64,000 bases of DNA from a virus. The notes under the pieces are model-generated. The model ran no database searches, was not told the DNA's origin, and saw nothing but the letters and a program-made list of their open reading frames with translations. Shown one piece after another: positions 16,601 through 25,128 of the stretch (its first letter is position 1; each line of letters begins with the position of its first letter). Position numbers and translations under genes: made by a program. The stretch spans positions 1 through 64,000 of the IMG/VR virus record IMGVR_UViG_3300045988_075599. One strand, written 5' to 3'.

Positions 16601-18738
16601 TAGTAACCTCCTACTCCATTAGTCGGTTCAGCAGGAGCCCCGTTGGGAACCCTGTTATCCGCGGGCTGCTGACCAATTTGTTTATCTGGAGAGAGGGCAT
16701 CACTGCCTTGTCGCACAGTGGAAGTAACTGCCCCTCCTGCTCCTTGTGGTGCAGATGCGTTCTGCATAGGCACTGCACTCTGACCAGTGTTGTTAGTATT
16801 TGTCGGTAACGTGTGATTCAAGAATACTACCTGCACATAGGGGGGAAGTGAGTAGAGAATCTGAATCGGTAACGAGCCATACTGGAAGTAGTAAGCCACA
16901 ACATCAGGGGGGAGAGTCTGAAGTGTAGTCTGAATAACCTGCGCTTCGAGCATAGCACGCTGCTGTGTAACAACAGGGTCAGTAATGTAGTCACCTGTAT
17001 TTTTCATACCCATGTTTTCCATCCAACGCTTAACGATGTTGTAGATGTTATGGGGAGTTGCAACTGCAACACCTGCGGCGTTCACCTGCATAATGGCGGT
17101 CATGAGAGTCTGAAGCTGGGTATTCATAGCTTCCTTACTCTGAATGGAGAGACCAGCGTTTACAACCAAATCGAAAGAGCCAGACAAGTCATCTGGTTTG
17201 ATTTCCATTGGTTCCCCTGTTAATCGGATAACAGTATTTTGGTCAATAAACTTTTGGTTCAAAGATATAAGAAAACGATATAGTTCATATACACCCGTTT
17301 CAGCAAACATACGAGCAATAAGTTCCAGTCGCTGATTAGATGCGTTCATGATGGCGTTGATACCGCTTGCGGTTTTGTTCAAGCTGGAAGCATCAAGACC
17401 TTGGTTATATCGCGTGACGCCTGTACGCTGTTCCTTCTGCCCTTCAGTCCATTCAAGGAAGTTGAATGTGTAAGGGGCAATCTGGTTGACAGGCATAGAC
17501 ATCGCAACGTCATTCATCTGATATCCTGGTTTCTTACGAATGACGGCACGACCTTTGTTGAAGTCATCAACATTAATTGCGTCTGGTGCCAGAATCATCT
17601 TAGGGTCATTCGTCAGCGCTAGGTTGTGGATAATCTGACGAATCAGTGCCACCTTCAGATTCTGGATTTCGCCTACGAGTTCGGCATAAGAACGTTTAGA
17701 CCAAATACGGTGTGGGTCTTGTGTCGGGGAAATCGCGAAGAATGGATGTCTACCCATGTAGTTCGGTTCGCAACGCAGGATATGGTCTTGACACAGTGTG
17801 ATAATCATATCCTCAAGAATGCCATCACCGTTGATATCAATCTTCGTGTAGCACTCGTATAGAGTTACCTCTTCACGAGCTTCTTCGGCGGCGGAGTGGA
17901 AACCGTAATACTGGTCGCCAAGCACTTCTTCCATTTCAGTATCGGCTTCATCAAGTCCATACTTGGAGTGCCAATGCTCTGGCTTCACCTCTTCGACATT
18001 AGCATATACACCCTGTTGCTCCATCTTTCTGAGGTAAGACATAGTAACCCGTTTCTTGTGGGCAACAAAGTTTGCTTCGTCAAGAGTCTTTGCATCTGGC
18101 GAGTATAAGAAATCAGAAATAAGAATGTTCTCAATCTTTGGAGCATTCTTCAAATAAAAAGTGGAGTCGTAAACAACAGTATAATCGCCATACTTATCGG
18201 GGGCAGAGATAGATTCGACCTTTACACCAGTGTTAATCAGGGCTTGTAAGCTCTGAAAGTTGAGAACACACTGTACAGGTTCATAGCCCTCCTCTCTGTC
18301 CCAGTAACATTTAACAACACCAAGACCAGTGATAAGGGCATCTTTCATCCAGTTATACAGAATCGGGAAGAAATGATTCTGCCTCTGCAACTGGAAAGAA
18401 ATAAGGTCTTGCATAATCTCTGCGTTATGGTCATCTTGTGCATCTACGCCAGAGATACTGATTACATCATCGCCGCCAGTGAATACCTTCATGAGGGATG
18501 GCAGTGCCCATTCGATAGTATCTGTTACATCGGTAGATACTACGGAAGATGTTTTACTGAGCTTTGGGAACATTCTCTTGTAATATTCCTTATCGGCAAA
18601 GTAAATCTGGTATCGCTCCTTCATGGTAGGAATGATGACGGCATTCTGGTAATCTTCTGCTTCTTTGATATCAGATTTGACGATTTCAATAATGTTATCG
18701 TTCAGGTCAGTGATATCAGTAATCTGTTCAGGGTCTAT
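16600..18738 (-). CDS. portal protein
   Basis: Size and position directly after the large terminase. The first ATG is at 18624, but the frame is open from 18738, where an ATA follows AAAGGAGG by 8 nt, so the 5' end is uncertain. Confidence 0.7.
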   Translation of the reverse strand: MDPEQITDITDLNDNIIEIVKSDIKEAEDYQNAVIIPTMKERYQIYFADKEYYKRMFPKLSKTSSVVSTDVTDTIEWALPSLMKVFTGGDDVISISGVDAQDDHNAEIMQDLISFQLQRQNHFFPILYNWMKDALITGLGVVKCYWDREEGYEPVQCVLNFQSLQALINTGVKVESISAPDKYGDYTVVYDSTFYLKNAPKIENILISDFLYSPDAKTLDEANFVAHKKRVTMSYLRKMEQQGVYANVEEVKPEHWHSKYGLDEADTEMEEVLGDQYYGFHSAAEEAREEVTLYECYTKIDINGDGILEDMIITLCQDHILRCEPNYMGRHPFFAISPTQDPHRIWSKRSYAELVGEIQNLKVALIRQIIHNLALTNDPKMILAPDAINVDDFNKGRAVIRKKPGYQMNDVAMSMPVNQIAPYTFNFLEWTEGQKEQRTGVTRYNQGLDASSLNKTASGINAIMNASNQRLELIARMFAETGVYELYRFLISLNQKFIDQNTVIRLTGEPMEIKPDDLSGSFDLVVNAGLSIQSKEAMNTQLQTLMTAIMQVNAAGVAVATPHNIYNIVKRWMENMGMKNTGDYITDPVVTQQRAMLEAQVIQTTLQTLPPDVVAYYFQYGSLPIQILYSLPPYVQVVFLNHTLPTNTNNTGQSAVPMQNASAPQGAGGAVTSTVRQGSDALSPDKQIGQQPADNRVPNGAPAEPTNGVGGY

Positions 18739-18777
18739 TTATATTACCTCCTTTCGTGACTCCTAGACATATAAGAA

Positions 18778-20229
18778 TTACAAACCACCTGCAAGCTCGA
18801 TGTCGTCATCTGCTACATTCTCCCAAGCAGAGAGTGGAGCTGTTGCAATCTGGTCTACATATGCCAAGGCATCTGGGATATCATCGTGTAACCCTTTCGG
18901 GAATGTCAGAAGTTCTTCCTGCAACTTAGTAACCCAGTCCATACCAACAGGGAACCAGATAGAACCCTGTGAGAATCTTGGCTGTAGTGCAGACTGGATA
19001 CGAAGTTCCTTCTTTTCTTTCGCGGCAAGGTTCTCGATATAGAACCAGATATTACGTCTAGGCATTTCCTTCTCTACGAAGTGCTTCATCGCCGCCTGAA
19101 ATGCAACTTGTTCGATACCCACCGATACAGGGTGATACTTGGATACGTAATCAAACAGAACATTGATAGACTCAGAAGGATCCATGCGTTCAGCAGTACA
19201 ATCAATAAGGAACCACTGATTAGCAGAATTGACAGCAGTAACCAGTACAACAGTATCATCGGCAGTCTCCTTTTTACTAACAGCTAAGTCCATCGTGATG
19301 TAGATATTACAGTTATGCCAGTCAAACTTAGACAGGTCGAAGTAACGGAAGTATTTCTTTTTGAAGATAGCCATCTCTGGAGACAATGCAATACACATCT
19401 TCTCTCGTTCCCAGATGTCCAGCTTACCAAGTTTAGTAAAGTTATCACGCTCATTGGCGATATCGTTTACTGGAAACATCTCTGGCCAGTTACTTTCTCC
19501 TGCTTCATTAAGAATAGGCACACGCATAAACGTAAAGTTCAGTTCATCAGGCTGTAATGCTACACGTTCGATGATACATTTAGCACCAAGGTTATTGCCA
19601 ATCATAAAGATACGGCAATCTTTACCAAGGGAGAAGATATCAGACAGAAACCAATCCCAGTCTTTATCCTGTACGGTATCAGACATAGAGTCTTCCAAGT
19701 CCTGTGGGTCGTCGATAACTACAATAGAAGGTCGAAGGTCATGCCAGTTAAGACCACGGACAGAAGAACCTTTACCATATGCTTCCATATGGATAGTCAT
19801 TGTCTGTTTTACCCCGTCAATCTCTTCACCAGTGTAGACTTCTACTTCAAATACATCCTGACTTTGCTGATTAACCTTACGAAGGTTCAGATTCAGTAGG
19901 GAATTGTGCAGATATTCGTCTGCGATTTCTTTTAGTCGTGCGTTAGCACCCCTCTGTGTACTTTTAATAAGAACTACATACTGTCTTTTCTTGTTTGGGA
20001 ATACAAGACAGTAGAGTGGGAACGCTCTGAGTACGATAGAAGACTTTGCTGACTGTCGAAATCCTTCTACAGCGTAGTTGGAATCACCATCTAGCAGGAT
20101 TTCACTCCATTTATAGTGATACCAAGGGGATTTTACGTCATCATCCAGCGGTAGGAACAGTCTTCTGAAGGCAACTAGGTTATTTTTCGCTGCTTCGTAC
20201 GCTTTTTGCAGCTCTTCTAGCTGGCTCAT
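18778..20229 (-). CDS. terL: terminase large subunit
   Basis: 483 aa. Walker-A-like GFRQSAKSS, Walker-B-like SIVVIDDPQD, and a C-terminal nuclease-like ITMDLAVSKK..ADDTVVLV. Confidence 0.85.
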   Translation of the reverse strand: MSQLEELQKAYEAAKNNLVAFRRLFLPLDDDVKSPWYHYKWSEILLDGDSNYAVEGFRQSAKSSIVLRAFPLYCLVFPNKKRQYVVLIKSTQRGANARLKEIADEYLHNSLLNLNLRKVNQQSQDVFEVEVYTGEEIDGVKQTMTIHMEAYGKGSSVRGLNWHDLRPSIVVIDDPQDLEDSMSDTVQDKDWDWFLSDIFSLGKDCRIFMIGNNLGAKCIIERVALQPDELNFTFMRVPILNEAGESNWPEMFPVNDIANERDNFTKLGKLDIWEREKMCIALSPEMAIFKKKYFRYFDLSKFDWHNCNIYITMDLAVSKKETADDTVVLVTAVNSANQWFLIDCTAERMDPSESINVLFDYVSKYHPVSVGIEQVAFQAAMKHFVEKEMPRRNIWFYIENLAAKEKKELRIQSALQPRFSQGSIWFPVGMDWVTKLQEELLTFPKGLHDDIPDALAYVDQIATAPLSAWENVADDDIELAGGL

Positions 20230-20236
20230 GGTAGTT

Positions 20237-20488
20237 TTACACCCCTTTCTTTAAGGTTTCTAGGATAAAACGGGCGAATTGATCCATGCAACTTGTGTTT
20301 CTTGTCCCACATTTGTGCCCCAGAAACATAATTGCGGTAGTTTTGGCGTCTTTGCCGTCTAAAAGTTTAGCGATGGCAGACAAATTTCCCTGACAACCGC
20401 CGACAAAAGAGATATTTTTGAGTTTACCGCCCTCGATATCAAAGGAAATTTCTTTGCTACACACACTATTAGGTTTATAAGTATACAT
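20237..20488 (-). CDS. TSCPD-domain small protein (TIGR03905-like 4-Cys family)
   Basis: 83 aa. MYTYKPNSVCSKEISFDIEGGKLKNISFVGGCQGNL...GHKCGTRNTSCMDQ matches my memory of this family. Confidence 0.65.
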   Translation of the reverse strand: MYTYKPNSVCSKEISFDIEGGKLKNISFVGGCQGNLSAIAKLLDGKDAKTTAIMFLGHKCGTRNTSCMDQFARFILETLKKGV

Positions 20489-20696
20489 TTTGCACCTCCT
20501 AAGTGATATAAGAAGAGAGAGAAAGAGAGAGATATGGAGATTCCTTTAGTATGGTAAAGGAATATGTAGATAGGGGCTTATATTTTTCTTGAGACTTGCA
20601 TCTACGCGGTCGCGAGCGAGCGTGGGCATGCCAGACTGAAGCCCCACCCCCGTGGGGGGATGGGTATGGGGTGGCATGGAGGGCTGCACGCCCATG

Positions 20697-20752
20697 TTGT
20701 GCACTTGAATATATAAAATGATACAGAAGGAAGGAACAAATCAATCCCTTCC
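20697..20752 (+). promoter_or_regulatory. repeated promoter-like element R1 plus hairpin
   Basis: TTGTGCACTTGAATATATAAAATGATACAGAAGGAAGGA matches R2 at 36 of 39 positions and is followed by the GGAAGG..CCCTTCC hairpin. About 45 nt upstream of the CDS at 20797. Confidence 0.5.
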
Positions 20753-20796
20753 AAAAGTAGTCGTCACAAGAGTGACGGGAAAGAATAGGTGCTATT

Positions 20797-21231
20797 ATGG
20801 AAAAATCAACAGGATTCATGGGGAACATTGAGAGAGTCATCTCTCTCTCAAAATGGGCTGAAATCGCCCACCTTACGGCGGAAAAGCCGCACAAGGTAGC
20901 GGAACACGACGGCGCAACCTTGTTTACCGCTAAAGTAGGGATTTTTGTTGATACAAAATTTCCCACTAAGGCGGGGAATGTAACTACAACCGCCGTACTT
21001 GTTCCCCTTGACGGTGGCAAGGCGTTTGAGTGTGACGGTATCACACTCAAGTTTGACGGTATCCCGCCATTTATCTATGGCGGGCGCGGTGCAAGTCAGG
21101 TATTTACCGTTACGGATAGTAACGGCGATACCGTCAAAAGGACGGGCGGGCGTAAGTCCGCACAAGCGGAAATAGACGCCATGCGCAAACAACTTGACGC
21201 CATTATGGCGTTGTTGGCACAGAAACAGTAA
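20797..21231 (+). CDS. hypothetical protein in visibly GC-richer cassette
   Basis: 144-aa ORF bracketed by R1 and an intrinsic terminator. No motif recognised. Confidence 0.55.
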   Translation: MEKSTGFMGNIERVISLSKWAEIAHLTAEKPHKVAEHDGATLFTAKVGIFVDTKFPTKAGNVTTTAVLVPLDGGKAFECDGITLKFDGIPPFIYGGRGASQVFTVTDSNGDTVKRTGGRKSAQAEIDAMRKQLDAIMALLAQKQ

Positions 21232-21245
21232 AGCTAGCAAGAGAG

Positions 21246-21264
21246 AGGGGCGTAAGCCCCTTTT
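21246..21264 (+). terminator. intrinsic terminator
   Basis: AGGGGC-gtaa-GCCCCT hairpin followed by TTTT. Confidence 0.6.
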
Positions 21265-21282
21265 CTCTTTATCTATTCCCTT

Positions 21283-21334
21283 TTGTACACTTGAGTATAT
21301 AAAATAATACAGAAGGAAGGATGAAATACCTTCC
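21283..21334 (+). promoter_or_regulatory. repeated promoter-like element R2 plus hairpin
   Basis: TTGTACACTTGAGTATATAAAATAATACAGAAGGAAGGA followed by the GGAAGG..CCTTCC hairpin. Upstream of the small ORF at 21372. Confidence 0.5.
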
Positions 21335-21371
21335 AATGTGTTAGCCCGCAAGGGCGGAAAGGTAGGCTACT

Positions 21372-21503
21372 ATGAAGGTTATGGTAGAAGTGTACGAGCA
21401 GGTACATGGGCAAATCAACGTTGCCCGTACGCCAATGGAAATGCTGTTCATGGACGTTTCCATCGCCGTCAAGGCGTTCGATAGGGTATTCCCTACGGAA
21501 TGA
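21372..21503 (+). CDS. small hypothetical protein (43 aa), not in ORF track
   Basis: MKVMVEVYEQVHGQINVARTPMEMLFMDVSIAVKAFDRVFPTE. Sits between R2 and a strong terminator. The SD is weak. Confidence 0.35.
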   Translation: MKVMVEVYEQVHGQINVARTPMEMLFMDVSIAVKAFDRVFPTE

Positions 21504-21515
21504 CGGCAAGCAAGA

Positions 21516-21538
21516 GGGGGCGGAAACGCCCCTTTTTT
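21516..21538 (+). terminator. intrinsic terminator
   Basis: GGGGCG-gaaa-CGCCCC hairpin followed by TTTTTT. Confidence 0.75.
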
Positions 21539-21711
21539 CATGTCTATAAAAAATAAAATTTTTCTTCTGTGCTCAGCCATTCTTCTACCAATTTTTCCCG
21601 CTGACTATAACGCGCGACGCGCCTCGTGCGTAGGGCAAGCTCTTAGGCTAGGGATAGACATGAGGCAACCTACACCTGCCACGCAGGGTGAGGAAGGTAT
21701 ATAGGAGAAGA

Positions 21712-21770
21712 AGGGATAGGAATAGGATTTTCATAGGATTTTAGGGTATTTTATAGGTTTTTTGGATTCA
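21712..21770. repeat. phased TAGG(A/G)TTTT-type repeats (~10-11 bp period)
   Basis: Read directly: ATAGGAATAGGATTTTCATAGGATTTTAGGGTATTTTATAGGTTTTTTGGATT. Confidence 0.8.
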
Positions 21771-21880
21771 GAATCGGCAATCACATAATCGTAGAGGAAA
21801 ACCACAACATAATCATAATATAATAAATAATTGAATATGGCTAACTAATTACAATCACAACTTCCTACTCCTATACCGCT

Positions 21881-21900
21881 ATACTACTATATACTACTAC
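21881..21900. repeat. tandem 10-mer ATACTACTAT/ATACTACTAC
   Basis: Read directly. A related TATATACTAATACT follows. Confidence 0.8.
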
Positions 21901-22129
21901 TCCCTATATACTAATACTTAAAAGGTGGGCTAATAAATAATCTTTCGCCGTTTTACATTAGGATTTCTGCCAGCTTTCACTCACGAATTAAATTCGATTT
22001 CCCACGAAGAAACATGGACTTTTTGCCCTTATATCTAGCTTTCTATTCGAGCGGTTTATCCTCACTAGTGCATTAGTGCAGGTACGTGGAATGATAGGGA
22101 AAACTGGGAGGTTGACAATCCACCGATGG

Positions 22130-22500
22130 GGGCTTTTGTGCACTTAACCTGACATGATGATTTGCCAAGGTTGAAAGGCAGTCAACCAACGGCAGACAAC
22201 TGAATATCCCGAACTGTATAAGCCTTGAGAGCTGATATTATGTTCGGGTAAGAATTTGAGGTAGACCAGCACTTGGTGCATAAAAGCCTGGTAAACGCCA
22301 ACAGAATCAATTAGCAGTGCCCAAAAGGTAGAAGTGAAGCGTACTCTTCAAATCTACTTACGGATAAGCTGCTAATAATCCCTGGTTGCTCTGGGTGAGT
22401 GAGCAACAGTGAGTGTACACCTAAACCAATACTTGGTAGTGTATTCAGTTTTTCTAGTGGGTGTTTTCCTAATAAAAGCCCACTTCCATTTGTTTAATTT
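22130..22500 (+). ncRNA. candidate structured RNA (class unknown)
   Basis: No ORF of 60 aa or more on either strand. Nested hairpins at 22208..22248, 22310..22376 (containing 22328..22357), 22385..22407 and 22456..22484. Strand and ends are not established. Confidence 0.3.
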
Positions 22501-22528
22501 CAGTTGTTTTATTAAAGGGGGTCATCGT

Positions 22529-22723
22529 ATGACACTTAGAGAAATCGCAAGGGTATCTTGCACAAACCTGAAAGTTTATGTGGGGCACACATGTGTTTAT
22601 TCCCCATTCAAAGGTGAACTGAAACCTTTCATGGATAGAAAGGTAACTTGGCTCGATTCAGAGGACGACGTTCTCGCAGTAGGGGTTAGCGAAAAAGAAG
22701 GTGAACGCAATGAAGAAGAATAA
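22529..22723 (+). CDS. hypothetical protein (64 aa)
   Basis: Track ORF trimmed to the ATG at 22529 with an AAAGGGGG SD. Confidence 0.55.
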   Translation: MTLREIARVSCTNLKVYVGHTCVYSPFKGELKPFMDRKVTWLDSEDDVLAVGVSEKEGERNEEE

Positions 22724-22832
22724 AATCAGTCTCGAAGAGCATAACGATAATTTTATGCTCATGTTCGCTGGTATGCTTATGGGCGCGAGCATTTGTGCTA
22801 TTGCCCATCTGTTTGTTAGCCTGATTAAATAA
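22710..22832 (+). CDS. small membrane peptide (40 aa), not in ORF track
   Basis: MKKNKISLEEHNDNFMLMFAGMLMGASICAIAHLFVSLIK. One hydrophobic helix. Overlaps the upstream gene end. Confidence 0.4.
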   Translation: MKKNKISLEEHNDNFMLMFAGMLMGASICAIAHLFVSLIK

Positions 22833-22852
22833 GGCTGTGAAAGGAGAAAATC

Positions 22853-23335
22853 ATGCAAATCAAAAAGGCAAATTACAGTATCAACGGTTATCCAAATAGC
22901 CACTTTTTTATTAGCGAAACTGGTCTCACTACGACCACTCTTACTCAGATGAGTAAATTCACACAGGGCGAAGTAATCGAAATCAATGCCCCTGTATGGC
23001 AGCTTTGCGATTCTCGTCATGAGAACCCCATTGCTAATATGGGGGGCATTTTCCCTAAATGCCTTGCTAATCCACTGGATATGCGAGGTATGAAATCGGA
23101 CATTCTCGATAAAATCAGAGGGAAATATGGATTCGGTGACACGCTCTTTTGTGTAGTCACTGGTATGTCCTCAGCGTTGATTTCGTTAGTCAATGCTTGT
23201 TCAGCATTAGATGTAAGGCTGCGTCTATTGCACTATGATGTTGTCCATGATTGTTATAAGATGCAGCTCGTGGATAACTATTACCTCGAGGAGAAGATAA
23301 CGCTCATTAAAAAAGTAATGAGCCGAAAGGTATAG
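22853..23335 (+). CDS. hypothetical protein (160 aa)
   Basis: ORF track, AAAGGAGA SD. Confidence 0.6.
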   Translation: MQIKKANYSINGYPNSHFFISETGLTTTTLTQMSKFTQGEVIEINAPVWQLCDSRHENPIANMGGIFPKCLANPLDMRGMKSDILDKIRGKYGFGDTLFCVVTGMSSALISLVNACSALDVRLRLLHYDVVHDCYKMQLVDNYYLEEKITLIKKVMSRKV

Positions 23336-23439
23336 CAAAAAGGCTTCTAAAGGGTTGTGCCATAAACAGCCCTATTCCATGGGGAGCTTCCCCCAAAAAA
23401 AATATGTTTTGCCCATTGGGGCAGAAAGGAGCCATTATC

Positions 23440-23793
23440 ATGGCAAATGCAAAGATTGAAAAACGTGATGGAAAGTTGTTCCTCGTCGCAGAATTGACGA
23501 AAGAGACCAGACAGTACGCAAGAGACGGCAGAGGACACTCTGCTGGCGATACGTATGAAGCGTTCATCGCTCATACCAGCGGTCTTGAATATGAGGGAAA
23601 GGTCTACAGATTCGACCTCTCTATGCCGATGAAGGCATGGAAGTCCGCTGATGATGCAGCTAAGAAAAAGCTCCTCGCTACGCTGAAAAAGCTCAGCGCA
23701 GATAAAGCGGCTGAAATGAAAGACGCTTCCGTTGAGGAAATCACAGAAGCCATTAAAGAGCATGTGGTAAGCATGCTCGCTGGTATCCAGTAA
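23440..23793 (+). CDS. hypothetical protein (117 aa)
   Basis: Track ORF trimmed to the ATG at 23440 with a GAAAGGAG SD. Confidence 0.6.
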   Translation: MANAKIEKRDGKLFLVAELTKETRQYARDGRGHSAGDTYEAFIAHTSGLEYEGKVYRFDLSMPMKAWKSADDAAKKKLLATLKKLSADKAAEMKDASVEEITEAIKEHVVSMLAGIQ

Positions 23794-23809
23794 TAGAGGG
23801 GGTATTTCT

Positions 23810-24076
23810 ATGAAATACTCCAAAATGGCTTTCGTTAAGGCTATTCTGCACGGTTGTGCAGATAGCTACTTCATTGATAGCAAAGGTAAGGTTCGCACCA
23901 GAACCGCGACCGTTGCATACAACAGAGTAATTGTACGAGATGGCTTGTCTCGTACAAAATACTCTATTCCTGGCTTCATGTACATGTTAGCTAGGACTAT
24001 GGGCGTACCGCCCACTTATGATAGCGTAGTTCGTGGTCTTGGCACTTACGCTAATGTTTTGGCAGAAGGGAGATAA
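23810..24076 (+). CDS. hypothetical protein (88 aa)
   Basis: ORF track, AGAGGGGG SD. Confidence 0.6.
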   Translation: MKYSKMAFVKAILHGCADSYFIDSKGKVRTRTATVAYNRVIVRDGLSRTKYSIPGFMYMLARTMGVPPTYDSVVRGLGTYANVLAEGR

Positions 24077-24080
24077 AACC

Positions 24081-25010
24081 ATGCCAGCAACAACTGACCT
24101 TTTATTCGCTAATTTCTCCAATAAACTTGGGAGAATTATTACAGGGAGAAACTGCTCCCTTTTGGATGATGGTCGTCAGAGACGCCATTTCGGTGTCGAA
24201 ATTGAGGCGTGCGATTACGCCCGTGACTCCTACGTGGATGACGAGACTGCGAGCGATGCTACCTATGAGCTTTTCTCGCCATTTCCTGGTTGCGAAGAGT
24301 TGTCTGAAATCAAAGACGATTGTTCTTTGGTTGGAAATCATTTCGAGATGGTAACATCTCCAATGACAATTACCCTGCTTAGAAGCCTTAATTGGGAAGA
24401 CTTTTTCAGGGTACTTCGGAATGCCGATTATAAGCAGACTGACTTCAATGAGTACGATAAGGCTGGCATTCACGTACATGTGAATCGCAGGTCACTTCAT
24501 CATCCATTTGAGGCGGCTGTAAACGCACTGGCGTTTATCACAGAGAACGATGACACTATTCGTCGATTTGCACGTCGTTCTCAGAGCCAGTGGAATGATT
24601 GGTGTGGAACTCCATATCGGTTGTACAATGACATCGACGAATACCTTGACGAGATTAAAAACGGCGACTATGACGCCTTTGGATGGGAATATACATCCAA
24701 TATTCGGGTTGATGATACTAGATACCAGGCTGTCAATTTCTGCTCTTCAAGAACATGGGAATTGAGAATTTTCAATTCTACGCTGGAAGCTGAGGATATG
24801 CGTAATATTCTGGATTTTGCCGACGCCTTATGGACATTGGCTGATACAGACCATTACGATATGAGCCTCGAGTCTATGCATAATAAGCTGCTGGAGCTTG
24901 GTAATCCAATCGCAGCCAACCAGATGTATGAGCCGCCGAAAGATACTCATGCATCCGATAACTACGATTATCGCGATGACGATGAATATGATGAAGATGG
25001 CGATTGGTAA
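24081..25010 (+). CDS. amidoligase-like protein 1 (glutamine-synthetase/GCS-fold, Amidoligase_2-like)
   Basis: Track ORF trimmed to the ATG at 24081. Motifs HFGVEIEA, GIHVHVNRR and WELRIFNS are the same triad as in 26921..29410. Acidic D/E/Y tail. Confidence 0.6.
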   Translation: MPATTDLLFANFSNKLGRIITGRNCSLLDDGRQRRHFGVEIEACDYARDSYVDDETASDATYELFSPFPGCEELSEIKDDCSLVGNHFEMVTSPMTITLLRSLNWEDFFRVLRNADYKQTDFNEYDKAGIHVHVNRRSLHHPFEAAVNALAFITENDDTIRRFARRSQSQWNDWCGTPYRLYNDIDEYLDEIKNGDYDAFGWEYTSNIRVDDTRYQAVNFCSSRTWELRIFNSTLEAEDMRNILDFADALWTLADTDHYDMSLESMHNKLLELGNPIAANQMYEPPKDTHASDNYDYRDDDEYDEDGDW

Positions 25011-25128
25011 ATGATATACGCTAGGGATTTCCCTAGCAATCGAAACAAGGGGGTTATCCCCTTGTCTAGTGGAACCAGCCCACCACTACTGATGAGATAG
25101 GCTGTTGTTATGAAAGTAGGTGATTGGC

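Noticed and set aside
20499-21351. Minus-strand track ORFs 20499..21050 and 20848..21351 (183 and 167 aa)
   Set aside because: They run antisense to a + strand ORF that has its own upstream element and terminator. They lack an SD, have odd composition (Ser/Pro/Cys/Arg-rich), and cross terminator hairpins. They are most likely spurious frames in GC-richer DNA.
22105-22150. TTGACA at about 22110 as a promoter for the structured region
   Set aside because: No acceptable -10 hexamer lies 16-18 nt downstream (TTTGTG at that position). I therefore did not call a promoter.
22409-22528. Upstream part of track ORF 22409..22723
   Set aside because: It has a non-ATG start, no SD, and a hydrophobic nonsense-like sequence crossing predicted hairpins. 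The ATG at 22529 has an AAAGGGGG SD.
23380-23400. GGGGAgctTCCCC hairpin followed by an A8 run as a terminator
   Set aside because: On the + strand it is followed by A rather than T. On the - strand the T-run precedes the stem and there is no - strand gene to terminate.
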